DNA of 64,000 nt from Pseudomonadota bacterium (GTDB lineage Bacteria; Pseudomonadota; Gammaproteobacteria; Ga0077536): NCBI GenBank assembly GCA_043782755.1, contig JAYWAC010000240.1, positions 591-64,590 on the forward strand, read 5' to 3'. The position numbers were made by a program, and so were the translations under genes. This document shows, piece after piece, positions 10,002-19,150 of the stretch; within the stretch, counting starts at the first letter, position 1; each line of letters opens with the position of its first letter. Below the pieces are notes generated by a model. It searched no databases. It was given only the letters and a program-made list of their open reading frames with translations, and had not been told where the DNA came from.

Positions 10002-10977
10002 CCAGCGCCACCCGCTGCTCGATGGCGCCGAATACCGATGCGCCCTGTGCATCGAACATCTCGATGCGTACGACGTCGCCAGCCGCGAGCCACGGTGTGC
10101 GTGGCTCGGCGAACGCTTCCTGTTCATCGACCCGTGCCTCGGCGATGCAGCCATGCCCCGTGGCTGCATCGCGGTTTGACACCGCACCGCCGCCGATGAT
10201 GGTGCCCGCGCTGAGGGCGCGCGTGCGCGCAGCGTGGGCGATGAGTTGCGGATAGGTGAAGAACATGTCCCGACCGGCATCAGGACAGCCGAGTTGTTTG
10301 CCGTTCACGTAAGACAGCAGCGGCAGGCAGATGCGCCCACCGTCCCAGGCCACGCCCAGTTCGTCCGGCGTCACCGCCACGGGCGAGAAAGCGCTCGCTG
10401 GCTTGGACTGCACGAAGCCGAAGCCTTTCGGTAGTTCGCTACGGGTCAGGGCGCGGGCCGTCCAGTCGTTCAACAACATGACGAGTTTGATATGGGTTGC
10501 GGCTTTGGTGACCGTTACGCCCATCGGTACGTCGTCGGTGACGATGGCGATTTCAGCTTCGTAGTCGATCTCGAGATCTTCGTTAGGAAAACGCATCGCA
10601 TCACAGGGCCCACCAAAGGTATCGGACAAGCCCTGGTACATGAGCGGTTCGGTCGTGTGCTTGGGCGGCATTGCCACACCGCGTGCGCGCCGCGCCTTTT
10701 CCATGTGATGCAGATACACCGAGCCGTCGAGGAACTGATAGCTGCGCGGCAGAGGGCTGGCGGTCTCGCGTGGCTCGAAGGCAAACGCGTCGGCGCAGTG
10801 GCCGGCTTCAAGAGTCGCACTCACGATTGCGAGTTGCGGCGCCATGCTGGCCCAATCATCCAGCGCTTGTTGCAGCGTGCTTGCGAGGTGGGGCACGGCC
10901 ACCGCACGACCAAGCGCGCGATCGACCACCACCAGGGTGCCGTCCCGTCCGCCGCGTTTCAAACTCGCGAGTTTCAT
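9997..10977 (-). CDS. fumarylacetoacetate hydrolase (FAH) family protein
   Basis: FAH-family layout. Start set at MKLASLKRGGRDGTLVVV (ATG 10977); the ORF allows 6 more residues. Confidence 0.8.
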   Translation of the reverse strand: MKLASLKRGGRDGTLVVVDRALGRAVAVPHLASTLQQALDDWASMAPQLAIVSATLEAGHCADAFAFEPRETASPLPRSYQFLDGSVYLHHMEKARRARGVAMPPKHTTEPLMYQGLSDTFGGPCDAMRFPNEDLEIDYEAEIAIVTDDVPMGVTVTKAATHIKLVMLLNDWTARALTRSELPKGFGFVQSKPASAFSPVAVTPDELGVAWDGGRICLPLLSYVNGKQLGCPDAGRDMFFTYPQLIAHAARTRALSAGTIIGGGAVSNRDAATGHGCIAEARVDEQEAFAEPRTPWLAAGDVVRIEMFDAQGASVFGAIEQRVALV

Positions 10978-11100
10978 GGCGATGCATTGCTCCAAAACGT
11001 CTTCAATTCAGGCTCGATTGTAGAAGCGGAACGCAGCGCCGGTTGACGCGTGTGTTATGTTCGCGCGACGACCCACCTGCCGCCATAGCGAGGTTCCGAC

Positions 11101-12138
11101 GTGTCGCCCGACAAACTATTTTCGACCACGGTCATCGGCAGCTATCCGCAACCGCTATGGCTGGTGGATCAAGATCAGCTCCGCGCCAAGCTCGTACCGC
11201 GTGTGCGCGCACCGGAGATCTGGCGCGTACCTGAAGCCTGGCTCACGCAAGCACAGGACGACGCCACGCTGCTTGCGATTCGCGATCAGGAGCGGGCCGG
11301 CATCGATATCATCAGCGACGGTGAGATGCGTCGCGAGAGCTACTCCAATCGCTTCGCGACGTCGTTGCAGGGTCTGGATCTTGCCCAACCGTTCATCCGT
11401 CATGTGCAAGGGTTCGAAGTGCCGTTGCCGCGCATCATTGCTCCGATCACGCGACCGGCGGCGGTCGAAGTGGAAGACCTGCGTTTTCTCAAACGCAATA
11501 CTGAGCGCAAGGTGAAGATCACCCTGCCCGGACCCTTCACCCTCAGCAAGCAGGCCCACGATAATTATTACGGCGATCCGGAAGCGGTGGCCATGGCCTA
11601 TGCGGCGGCGGTCAATGAAGAAGTGCGCGATCTGGCCGCCGCCGGTGCCGATGTCATCCAGCTCGACGAGCCCTGGTTGCGCGATGATCCCGATGGCGCG
11701 AATCGCTACGGTGTGAAGGCCATTAACCGCGCATTGCAAGGCATCGACGTCACCACCTGCGTGCACTTGTGTTTTGGCTACGGCTTCATCGTCTCGCCGC
11801 ACAAGCCCAAAGCCTATGCCTTCCTCGCCCAGCTTGCTGATTGTGTGGTCGATCAGATCTCCATCGAGGCCGCGCAGCCGCATCTCGATCTGGGCGTGCT
11901 CAAGGATCTTTCGACCAAAACTATCGTGCTCGGCGTGCTGGATCTGTCGAGCAACGAAGTGGAGAGCGTGACGACCTTGGTCGAACGCATTCGTCGCGCC
12001 TTGCCCTTTGTCCCGCCTGAGCGCTTGATGCCGGCGCCGGATTGCGGCATGAAATATCTGACTCGTGAGGCGGCGTTTGGGAAGTTGCGAGCGCTGGTGA
12101 TAGCTGCCGATACCTTACGCAAGGAGCTGTCGTTGTAG
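11101..12138 (+). CDS. cobalamin-independent methionine synthase (MetE C-terminal-like) family protein
   Basis: 345 aa with a GTG start after GAGG. TTVIGSYPQP and DGEMRRESY near the N-terminus and CGMKYL near the C-terminus are typical of the MetE-like / methylcobamide:CoM methyltransferase superfamily. Confidence 0.75.
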   Translation: MSPDKLFSTTVIGSYPQPLWLVDQDQLRAKLVPRVRAPEIWRVPEAWLTQAQDDATLLAIRDQERAGIDIISDGEMRRESYSNRFATSLQGLDLAQPFIRHVQGFEVPLPRIIAPITRPAAVEVEDLRFLKRNTERKVKITLPGPFTLSKQAHDNYYGDPEAVAMAYAAAVNEEVRDLAAAGADVIQLDEPWLRDDPDGANRYGVKAINRALQGIDVTTCVHLCFGYGFIVSPHKPKAYAFLAQLADCVVDQISIEAAQPHLDLGVLKDLSTKTIVLGVLDLSSNEVESVTTLVERIRRALPFVPPERLMPAPDCGMKYLTREAAFGKLRALVIAADTLRKELSL

Positions 12139-12155
12139 GTGCGAATGAATTCGCC
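12135..12155. repeat. REP-like palindrome, family 1
   Basis: gtaggtgcgaatgaattcgcc overlaps the stop of the MetE-like gene. Confidence 0.7.
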
Positions 12156-12177
12156 CATTCAACTGCTGCTCATCTTT

Positions 12178-12205
12178 GTGAGTCCGACAGAAGTCGGACC
12201 CACAA
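12178..12205. repeat. REP-like palindrome, family 2 (GTCCGAC-N-GTCGGACCCAC)
   Basis: gtgagtccgacagaagtcggacccacaa. Related copies occur at 44076 and 44137. Confidence 0.7.
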
Positions 12206-12228
12206 TAGAGTGCACAGTCCGATTTGCC

Positions 12229-13053
12229 TTAAGCAATCCCAAACCGCGCCACCGTACAGCCCACCGCGAACAACGGCAGCTCCGCCGTGTAGTACTGCAA
12301 CACCCCTTGCCCACGCGCCGCCGCAGCTGTAGCGATATAGGTACGAATCTCGAAGCCCCCCTGACCCGCGTCGCGATAGGTCTCTTCGTCTGTATAAGAC
12401 AGAAGTGCGCCCCGATCCTGCCCGAGCAAGCGATCGAGGAACGCGCGGTCCCAGGCCTCATTGATCCTCCCTGAATCCGGCGTCGCCGGCCAGTGGGAAA
12501 TTCCTCCGGTGCCTATCAGGGCAATTTTTTCCGGCACACAATCGCAGGCTCGACGCAAAGCCTCGCCAAAAGCCCAGGCGCGCGACAATGGTGTGAGCGG
12601 CGGACCCTGGCAATTGATATTGGCGGGAATGATCGGCAGATCGTAGTTCGGCGTCAGGAAATGCAGTGGCACCATGATGCCGTGATCGAATTTCCATTCC
12701 TCGGCATAGGCCGTATCGACAGTCTGCATCACTTCGTGCACGAGGCGGCGACTGAGATCAGCATTGCCCGGCACGCGGGTACGCGCGATGCGCAGCCAGT
12801 TAGGATCTTCAATGGGCCCTGCATAAGTGTCGGCCATGCCGATACAGAAGGCCGGCATGTTGTTCATGAAGAAATTCGCGAAATGTTCGGCCGCTATCAC
12901 TAACAGTGCTTGTGCGCCGCTCGCTACGATCTCCTGGCGCATGACCTCCATCTTGGCGAACAACTCATCGCGCCGTACGGTGTTCTCGACCAGGTGGGCG
13001 CGCCCGGTCATGCCCGGGCCATGGCTGCAGACGCCGGCATAGACCAGACTCAT
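12229..13053 (-). CDS. class III extradiol ring-cleavage dioxygenase, catalytic (LigB-like) subunit
   Basis: 274 aa with LigB-family layout (AGVCSHGPG N-terminus, GTGGISHWP). Its start overlaps the stop of the upstream small-subunit gene as ATGA. Confidence 0.8.
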   Translation of the reverse strand: MSLVYAGVCSHGPGMTGRAHLVENTVRRDELFAKMEVMRQEIVASGAQALLVIAAEHFANFFMNNMPAFCIGMADTYAGPIEDPNWLRIARTRVPGNADLSRRLVHEVMQTVDTAYAEEWKFDHGIMVPLHFLTPNYDLPIIPANINCQGPPLTPLSRAWAFGEALRRACDCVPEKIALIGTGGISHWPATPDSGRINEAWDRAFLDRLLGQDRGALLSYTDEETYRDAGQGGFEIRTYIATAAAARGQGVLQYYTAELPLFAVGCTVARFGIA

Positions 13054-13385
13054 TGCGCCGCTCCTTCCTGGGTAAAGCTCGCGCCGTCACCGGTCGTGGC
13101 ATAGACCCCGGCGCGCACTGGCCCATATTTTTTTATGCCTGCGCGCATGAGTTCCAGGTAGTCGAACCAGGCGATGCCGAGAAAGGCCGCGTAGTGCATG
13201 AGAATCTGGCCGTTGACGCCAAGCACATAGAGCAGGCCGACATCGCTGTCACGCAGCGCGCGCCCTTCTTCGTCATTGAGGTCGTAGCGTGTGAGCAGGG
13301 TGTCGAGGTCTTGCTTGTATTGCGCCTGAGCCTCTGGTTCGCGGTTCAACACATAGAGGAATTTCTGTAGCTGATAGAGACTCAT
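13050..13385 (-). CDS. extradiol dioxygenase small (LigA-like) subunit
   Basis: Start set at MSLYQLQKFLYVLNREPEAQ (ATG 13385), which overlaps the ALDH stop. The size of about 111 aa and the sequence resemble protocatechuate 4,5-dioxygenase alpha-chain-like proteins. Confidence 0.7.
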   Translation of the reverse strand: MSLYQLQKFLYVLNREPEAQAQYKQDLDTLLTRYDLNDEEGRALRDSDVGLLYVLGVNGQILMHYAAFLGIAWFDYLELMRAGIKKYGPVRAGVYATTGDGASFTQEGAAQ

Positions 13386-14905
13386 CACGCCCCCAGTTTC
13401 GGCATGACGTGGGTGCCGAGCGCCACGCACACGTTCTTGGTTTCCATGTAGAACTCGAAGCTGTAATCGCCGCCGTCGCGACCGATGCCGCTGGCCTTCA
13501 TGCCGCCGAAGGGTGCCGGCAGATGGCGGTTGTTCTCGGAATTGATCCAAACCATGCCGGCCTCGAGCGCGTGCGCCAGACGATGACTGCGCCCGACATC
13601 ACCGGTCCACACATAGGCGGTCAAGCCATAGGGCACGTCGTTGGCGAGCGCCAGCGCCTCGGCTTCGTCGCGGAAGGTGATGGCGGTCAGCACCGGCCCG
13701 AAGATTTCTTCTTGGGCGATGCGCATGCGATTGCTGGCGCCAACGAACAAGGTTGGTTCGACATAATTGCCGGTGGCGTTGATGGTTGCCGGCTTGCCGC
13801 CGGCGGCGATGGTGGCGCCATCCTCGCGCGCGATATTGAAATAGCTGCAGACCTTGTCGTAGTGACGGCGATGGATCAGCGGCCCGATTTCGGTGGCGGG
13901 ATCGAGTGGATGGCCGACCTTGAGGCGTGCAATGCGCGCCTTCAATTTCTCAACGAAGGCCGGCGCGATGGACTCCTGAATCAATAAACGACTCGACGAG
14001 GTGCAGCGCTCGCCGTTCAAGCTGTAGATCATGAACACCACGGCATCGAGGGCACGTTCCAGATCAGCGTCGTCGAAGACCATGACGGGATTCTTGCCGC
14101 CGAGTTCGAAGTGCACGCGTTTCAAGGTCGCCGCACCCTGGCGCATGATGTGACTGCCGGTGATGGATTCGCCGACAAAGGCCACCGCCTTGATGGCGGG
14201 ATGCTCGGTGAGCGGCTTGCCGGCGTCTTCGCCGAGTCCCTGCACAACATTCCACACCCCGGCCGGCAAGCCCGCCTCATGGGCAATCTCGGTCAGCAGC
14301 ATCGCTGACAGCGGCGACCATTCCGCCGGCTTGTGGACCACCGTGCAACCGGCAGCGAGGGCCGGCGCAATCTTCCAGGTGGAGAGCATGAAAGGCGTAT
14401 TCCACGGCGTGATCACGCCGACCGGGCCGATAGGCTGACGTAGGGAATAATTAATATGCTCCTGTGCCGGCAGTGACTGACCGTCGCGTGCACTGGGTGC
14501 ACGGTCGGCGAAGAAACGGAAGTTCTCGGCGCCACGCACGGCGGCCTTGCTCATGAAGCGCAGGGCCTGACCGCAGTCGACACTTTCCACCAGCGCGATA
14601 TCGCGGGCGCGGGCTTCGATGGCGTCGGCGACGCGATGTAGAAGGGCTTTGCGCTCATCGCCCGGTAGGTCGCGCCATGCTGGAAACGCGGCCTGCGCCG
14701 CACTACAGGCTGCATCGATATCTTCGGCGTTGCCGGCCGACACCTGGCCGATGACGCTGTTGTCTATCGGTGTCAGGTTATCGAAAGTCCGGCCACTGCG
14801 ACCGGCGACGGGCTTGCCGTTGATGAAATGCGGCAGCGTTTCCGCACGAAAACGCGCGAGCAGTGCGTCAGCGGCCTGGAGATTGTCTTGCAGGGGTGTT
14901 GTCAC
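13385..14905 (-). CDS. hpaE: NAD-dependent aldehyde dehydrogenase, 5-carboxymethyl-2-hydroxymuconate semialdehyde dehydrogenase-like
   Basis: ALDH motifs FELGGKNP and NGERCTSSSR (catalytic Cys). Start placed at GTG 14905, preceded by AAGGA and 11 nt after the upstream gene stop. The symbol is inferred from cluster context. Confidence 0.8.
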   Translation of the reverse strand: MTTPLQDNLQAADALLARFRAETLPHFINGKPVAGRSGRTFDNLTPIDNSVIGQVSAGNAEDIDAACSAAQAAFPAWRDLPGDERKALLHRVADAIEARARDIALVESVDCGQALRFMSKAAVRGAENFRFFADRAPSARDGQSLPAQEHINYSLRQPIGPVGVITPWNTPFMLSTWKIAPALAAGCTVVHKPAEWSPLSAMLLTEIAHEAGLPAGVWNVVQGLGEDAGKPLTEHPAIKAVAFVGESITGSHIMRQGAATLKRVHFELGGKNPVMVFDDADLERALDAVVFMIYSLNGERCTSSSRLLIQESIAPAFVEKLKARIARLKVGHPLDPATEIGPLIHRRHYDKVCSYFNIAREDGATIAAGGKPATINATGNYVEPTLFVGASNRMRIAQEEIFGPVLTAITFRDEAEALALANDVPYGLTAYVWTGDVGRSHRLAHALEAGMVWINSENNRHLPAPFGGMKASGIGRDGGDYSFEFYMETKNVCVALGTHVMPKLGA

Positions 14906-14916
14906 GATGGTTTCCT

Positions 14917-15312
14917 TCAGGCCGTGCCGCGCTTGGCCAGGTATTCGCGGATATTGCCGCCCTTGTAATTCAGCACCGAGTCGATTTCGCTGATCTCGAA
15001 GGACAAGGCCAGCGGCCGCTGCTCGACCAGCGGTTGTAATTCGCGACACAAGGTCTCGAACAATAGATCGCCCGCCGCCTTGCGTACTTCGATCGTGCGG
15101 CCGTGGGCAATGCGCAGGCTCAAATGGATGAAGGCGTTGTCAGGATGACCATCGGCAATGAGGTAGTGATCGCGACGTTCGGCGCGGGTGCGCAGTCCCG
15201 CTAGCGGAAAGGCCTCGATGCCGGCCGCCACCTTGTGCAGGGCCTCGATCAAGGCCGGCAGTTGCAATGCCGGTTCGAGATTGGCGGTGTATTCGATGAT
15301 GATATGAGGCAT
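14917..15312 (-). CDS. hpaF: 5-carboxymethyl-2-hydroxymuconate isomerase (tautomerase superfamily)
   Basis: Begins MPHIIIEYTANL (Pro after the initiator Met, as in CHM isomerases), about 131 aa. It sits directly upstream of the ALDH on the same strand. Confidence 0.8.
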   Translation of the reverse strand: MPHIIIEYTANLEPALQLPALIEALHKVAAGIEAFPLAGLRTRAERRDHYLIADGHPDNAFIHLSLRIAHGRTIEVRKAAGDLLFETLCRELQPLVEQRPLALSFEISEIDSVLNYKGGNIREYLAKRGTA

Positions 15313-15340
15313 GAGTGCAGAACTCCCGCGTTGCAAGCGA

Positions 15341-15352
15341 TTAACATGTTAA
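15341..15352. promoter_or_regulatory. perfect 12-bp palindrome TTAACATGTTAA in the divergent hpa promoter region (candidate MarR/HpaR operator)
   Basis: Lies in the 108-bp gap between hpaF (minus) and the DapA-family gene (plus). A related TTAATATATTAA lies upstream of the second MarR gene. Confidence 0.4.
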
Positions 15353-15420
15353 CTATACTCGCGGCACCGTCGAGGTCAAGCCGAGCGCGGCTTTGAATCA
15401 GTTCCAGGAGATCAAGCGCG

Positions 15421-16332
15421 ATGTCGAATTTGCAGGCACTGAAGGGCTCCATTCCGCCCGTGGTCACACCGTTCAAGAACGGCGCGGTGGACTACGAGAC
15501 CTATGCGCAGTTGGTCGAGTACCAGGTCGCCCATGGCTCCCATGGCGTGCTGGTCAACGGCACCACCAGTGAACCCTCCACCCTCACCACCGCCGAGCGC
15601 AATCGACTGGTCGATATCGCCATGGCGACCGTCCAAGGTCGCGTGCCGGTAGTTGCCGCCACCGGTTCGCAGTCCTTGGCCGAAACCGAAGAGCTGACCC
15701 GCCACGCGGTTACCGCCGGCGTCGATGCACTGCTGGTGGTCACACCCTATTACATTCGCCCGCCGCAGCGTGGTCTGGTGCAGTACTACCTGACACTCGC
15801 CGCTCAGCACGAGGTGCCATGGATGATCTATCACATCCCCGGTCGCGCCGCAGTCAATGTCACGCTCGAATCGATGCAACAGATCCGCGAGCAGTCGCCG
15901 CATTTCGTCGGCATGAAGCACGCGGTCAATGATCTGGGCTTTGTCAGTGAATGCCTGGCCGCGTTTGGCGATGACTTCAAGATTTTCGTCGGCCTCGAGG
16001 AGTTGTCTTTCCCGATGATGGCTATCGGTGCCTGTGGTCTCATGAATGCGGTCGGCAATCTGCGCCCGGACGTGTTAGCGCAGATGTGCGAGGCGGTATG
16101 GAAGGGCGACATGGCGAGCGGCCGTGCCTTGCATCAGCGCCTGCTCGAGATCAACCAGGCGGTGTTCTACGACACCAATCCGATCCCGATGAAATACATG
16201 ATGAAGAAGCTCGGCCTGCTCCACACTAATGAACATCGTCTGCCCATGGTGCCGGCCACGCCGGAACTGGAACGGCGACTGGACAGCGTGCTGGAGCGCG
16301 CGGGCCTGCTTAAGGCGGAGCGCGGGCGATGA
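15421..16332 (+). CDS. dihydrodipicolinate synthase / class I pyruvate aldolase family protein
   Basis: 303 aa with GTTSE motif and Schiff-base Lys context (VGMKHAVND). Overlaps the next gene by ATGA. Confidence 0.8.
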   Translation: MSNLQALKGSIPPVVTPFKNGAVDYETYAQLVEYQVAHGSHGVLVNGTTSEPSTLTTAERNRLVDIAMATVQGRVPVVAATGSQSLAETEELTRHAVTAGVDALLVVTPYYIRPPQRGLVQYYLTLAAQHEVPWMIYHIPGRAAVNVTLESMQQIREQSPHFVGMKHAVNDLGFVSECLAAFGDDFKIFVGLEELSFPMMAIGACGLMNAVGNLRPDVLAQMCEAVWKGDMASGRALHQRLLEINQAVFYDTNPIPMKYMMKKLGLLHTNEHRLPMVPATPELERRLDSVLERAGLLKAERGR

Positions 16333-17189
16333 AATTCCTGAGCTTCAGCCACCGTGGCCGCGCCAGCTTTGGCGCGGTGATCGGCGAAGGCGTGGTTGAT
16401 CTCGGTGCGCGTCATGCTGAGCTGCCCGATCTGCGCGCGGCGTTGCGGGCCGATAGACTTGGCGCGCTGGCCGACGAGGCCCGTGCCGCCAGCGCCGATG
16501 TCGCGCTTGCCGATATCACCTATCTGCCGCCGATACCGAACCCCGAGAAAATCATCTGCATCGGCGTCAACTATGCGAATCGCAATGAGGAATACAAGGA
16601 CGGCTCGGAAGCACCCAAATATCCGAGCGTGTTCATGCGTTCGCGCGACTCCCTGGTCGGCCATTTGCAAGCCATTCTCGATCCACCGGAATCGGATCAG
16701 CTCGATTACGAGGGCGAAATCGTCATCGTGATCGGCAAGAGTGGACGACGTATTGCGGCTGATGACGCGCATAAGCATGTCGCTGGTCTGACCATCATGA
16801 ACGAGGGCTCGGTGCGCGATTACTTGCGCCACTCCAAGTTCAACGTGACGCAGGGCAAGAACTTCGAGCATTCCGGCGCGATGGGGCCGTGGTTGGTGAC
16901 GAGCGATGAGTTGAATCCCATGGGCGAGTTGCAGGTCATCACGCGTGTGAATGGCGAGGAACGTCAGAACGACGTGACGGCCAATCTCATGTTTCCGTTC
17001 CGCTACCTGGTCAGTTATCTCTCGACCTTCTACCGTCTGCAGCCTGGCGACATCATCGCCACCGGCACGCCCAATGGCGCCGGTGCGCGCTTCGACCCGC
17101 CCAAATACTTACGGCCCGACGACGTGGTGGAAGTGGCAGTGCCCGGCATCGGCATATTGCGCAATACGGTCGTGGCCGAAAGCGTGTGA
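16329..17189 (+). CDS. hpaG: FAH-family protein, HpaG-like isomerase/decarboxylase
   Basis: 286 aa with FAH-fold motifs (DYEGEIVIVIGK, GDIIATGTPNG). The symbol is inferred from hpa cluster context only. Confidence 0.7.
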   Translation: MKFLSFSHRGRASFGAVIGEGVVDLGARHAELPDLRAALRADRLGALADEARAASADVALADITYLPPIPNPEKIICIGVNYANRNEEYKDGSEAPKYPSVFMRSRDSLVGHLQAILDPPESDQLDYEGEIVIVIGKSGRRIAADDAHKHVAGLTIMNEGSVRDYLRHSKFNVTQGKNFEHSGAMGPWLVTSDELNPMGELQVITRVNGEERQNDVTANLMFPFRYLVSYLSTFYRLQPGDIIATGTPNGAGARFDPPKYLRPDDVVEVAVPGIGILRNTVVAESV

Positions 17190-17230
17190 GCGCTGCCACG
17201 GCCCGCGCTAAAGCCCGCGCCAGCGGCTTC

Positions 17231-17656
17231 ATGCGGGACATCGAGTTGTCGCTGCCTTTGCAACTGTTGAAAGCGCGTGAAGCGGCGATGGCGCGCTTTC
17301 GGCCGATGCTGAGAAGTCATGGCCTGACGGAGCAGCAATGGCGCGTCATTCGCGTGCTGGCTGCCGCCGATGCGCTTGATGGTCGCGAGTTAGCCCGCCG
17401 CAGTTTTCTGCTTGCGCCCAGTCTGACCCGTATCCTGCAGAATTTCGAAGCGCTGGGCGTGATCAAGCGTGGTGCGCATGCGAGTGATCAGCGACGTGCC
17501 TTGTTTGAATTGACCCGCAAGGGTCGCAAGGTTTTCGATGAGGTGGCACCGGACTCCGAGCGTTTGTATGGCGGCATCGCCGCTGAGTTCGGGGTGGAGA
17601 AGCTGGAGACCTTGTATCAGCTGTTGGCGGAGTTCTCGGCGGCGCTCTCTGTGTAG
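17231..17656 (+). CDS. hpaR: MarR-family regulator, homoprotocatechuate operon repressor HpaR-like
   Basis: LLKAREAAMARFRPMLRSHGLTEQQWRVIRVL closely parallels the E. coli HpaR N-terminus as I recall it. Start set at MRDIELS (ATG 17231). Confidence 0.8.
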   Translation: MRDIELSLPLQLLKAREAAMARFRPMLRSHGLTEQQWRVIRVLAAADALDGRELARRSFLLAPSLTRILQNFEALGVIKRGAHASDQRRALFELTRKGRKVFDEVAPDSERLYGGIAAEFGVEKLETLYQLLAEFSAALSV

Positions 17657-17679
17657 GTGCGATTTCATTCGCATCTACA
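17652..17679. repeat. REP-like palindrome, family 1 variant
   Basis: tgtaggtgcgatttcattcgcatctaca lies between the convergent hpaR and hpaB genes. Confidence 0.7.
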
Positions 17680-17689
17680 CAGAGTCGAC

Positions 17690-19150
17690 TCAAGTTCTGT
17701 GCAGCAACTCTTCCACGCGCGCGATCATCTCGTCCTTGTTGTAGAGGTCGTAGTAGATCGATGCCATGACGGTCTGCGGTCCGAAGAAGAAGCGCTCGTA
17801 TAAAGTCTGACGACTGCCGAAAGCCGAGACCGCGACATCGTGGGCGAGACGGAACAGCGCGACGCGCTCGCGACTGTCGAGATTGATGGTCTGGAAGTAC
17901 TGCGCGATATCGGGCGCGATCGCATTGCCGAAGTCTGCTTCGCAGGGGATCGCCATCAAGGAACTCGAGCCCAGCAACTGCACCAGCTCGATCAGGCGCG
18001 GGTACATTTTCGGAAACAGATTGCGCGAAGTATCGAGCGGACGGCGCAGCGGCATGAACACACCGCGCTGATCGGCATGGGCCTGGCCTTCACCCGCATA
18101 GCGGAAGGCGCGCACGCTCTCGGCTATCCACATCGCTTCCGCGATCTGCGCCTTGACCTCCATGTCCTTGTCTTTGCCGGTGGCGCGCGCCATCGCGCAC
18201 AACAGGCCGACGATGAATTCGGCCTTGGCCAGCTTGCCGCATACCACCTGATGCATCATGTGGATGACGGCATTGGTCTCGGAGAAGGCGCGATTGCACA
18301 GCAAGGGATCGCGGTACATGAACACCCGTTCCCACGGCACCAGCACGTTGTCGAACACCACCACCGCATCCATTTCCTCGAAGCGCGAGGCGAGCGGCGC
18401 GTCATAGTGCGACTGCGAGTGATCGTAGCTGTCGCGACAGATGAGGCGTATGCCTGGTGTGCCTATCGGCATCGCGAAGGCAAACGCAAAGGGCAGGTTG
18501 TCGGGGGAAGCGGTCAGCAAGGTCGAGGGGAATACTTCGATTTCGTCGGCATGAGGCCCCAGCGTCGCGAGCAGGCGCGCGCCGTTGACGATGATGCCGG
18601 CATCGGTTTCCTTGACGAGTTGCAAGGCGACCTTGTCACTATATTTGCCTTCCTTGGCCTGCGCGTGATTGAAGGTTGGATTGACCAGCGTATGGGTCAA
18701 GACTTTGTCGTTGTCGCGCACATAGTCGTAGTAGCGCCGCATGTTGTCGCCGAATTCAGGACGCCCTTGCGCGAGGAAATCGGCACCAGCCGCGAAGGCC
18801 ATCACCGAAGCGTTCTTGTAGTCCGGTGTGCGACCGAACATGCCGTTAGACCAGCTCGCCCATTCGTAGAAGGCCGCGCCGCGGCGCGCGACATCGGCGG
18901 GTGAGCGCGGTGTGAGGAAGGACATGCCGTAGCGCCGGCCGTTCTGTTCATAGGTGAGTTTGTCGGCCAGCGCCGGGTCGAATTGTCGATCCATGAAACC
19001 CGCCAGTGTATGGGCTCCACGACCTAAACCGGGTTCGGTGGTGACATCGGCGACACGCTTGCCAGCGAGCCATACTTCGCGTCCATCCTTAAGGCCGGCC
19101 AGATATTGACGGCCGTTGCGTATGCCGCTGCCGGCGCTTGCTGTGCTCAT
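17690..19150 (-). CDS. hpaB: 4-hydroxyphenylacetate 3-monooxygenase, oxygenase component family
   Basis: 486 aa with HpaB-family layout (RNGRQYLAGLKDGREVW start, FGRTPDYKN). Its start overlaps the stop of the upstream MarR gene as ATGA. Confidence 0.85.
   Translation of the reverse strand: MSTASAGSGIRNGRQYLAGLKDGREVWLAGKRVADVTTEPGLGRGAHTLAGFMDRQFDPALADKLTYEQNGRRYGMSFLTPRSPADVARRGAAFYEWASWSNGMFGRTPDYKNASVMAFAAGADFLAQGRPEFGDNMRRYYDYVRDNDKVLTHTLVNPTFNHAQAKEGKYSDKVALQLVKETDAGIIVNGARLLATLGPHADEIEVFPSTLLTASPDNLPFAFAFAMPIGTPGIRLICRDSYDHSQSHYDAPLASRFEEMDAVVVFDNVLVPWERVFMYRDPLLCNRAFSETNAVIHMMHQVVCGKLAKAEFIVGLLCAMARATGKDKDMEVKAQIAEAMWIAESVRAFRYAGEGQAHADQRGVFMPLRRPLDTSRNLFPKMYPRLIELVQLLGSSSLMAIPCEADFGNAIAPDIAQYFQTINLDSRERVALFRLAHDVAVSAFGSRQTLYERFFFGPQTVMASIYYDLYNKDEMIARVEELLHRT

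Noticed and set aside
17840-18904. 354-aa plus-strand ORF opposite hpaB
   Set aside because: It is antisense to a gene with a strong HpaB-family layout, and no motifs of its own are present.
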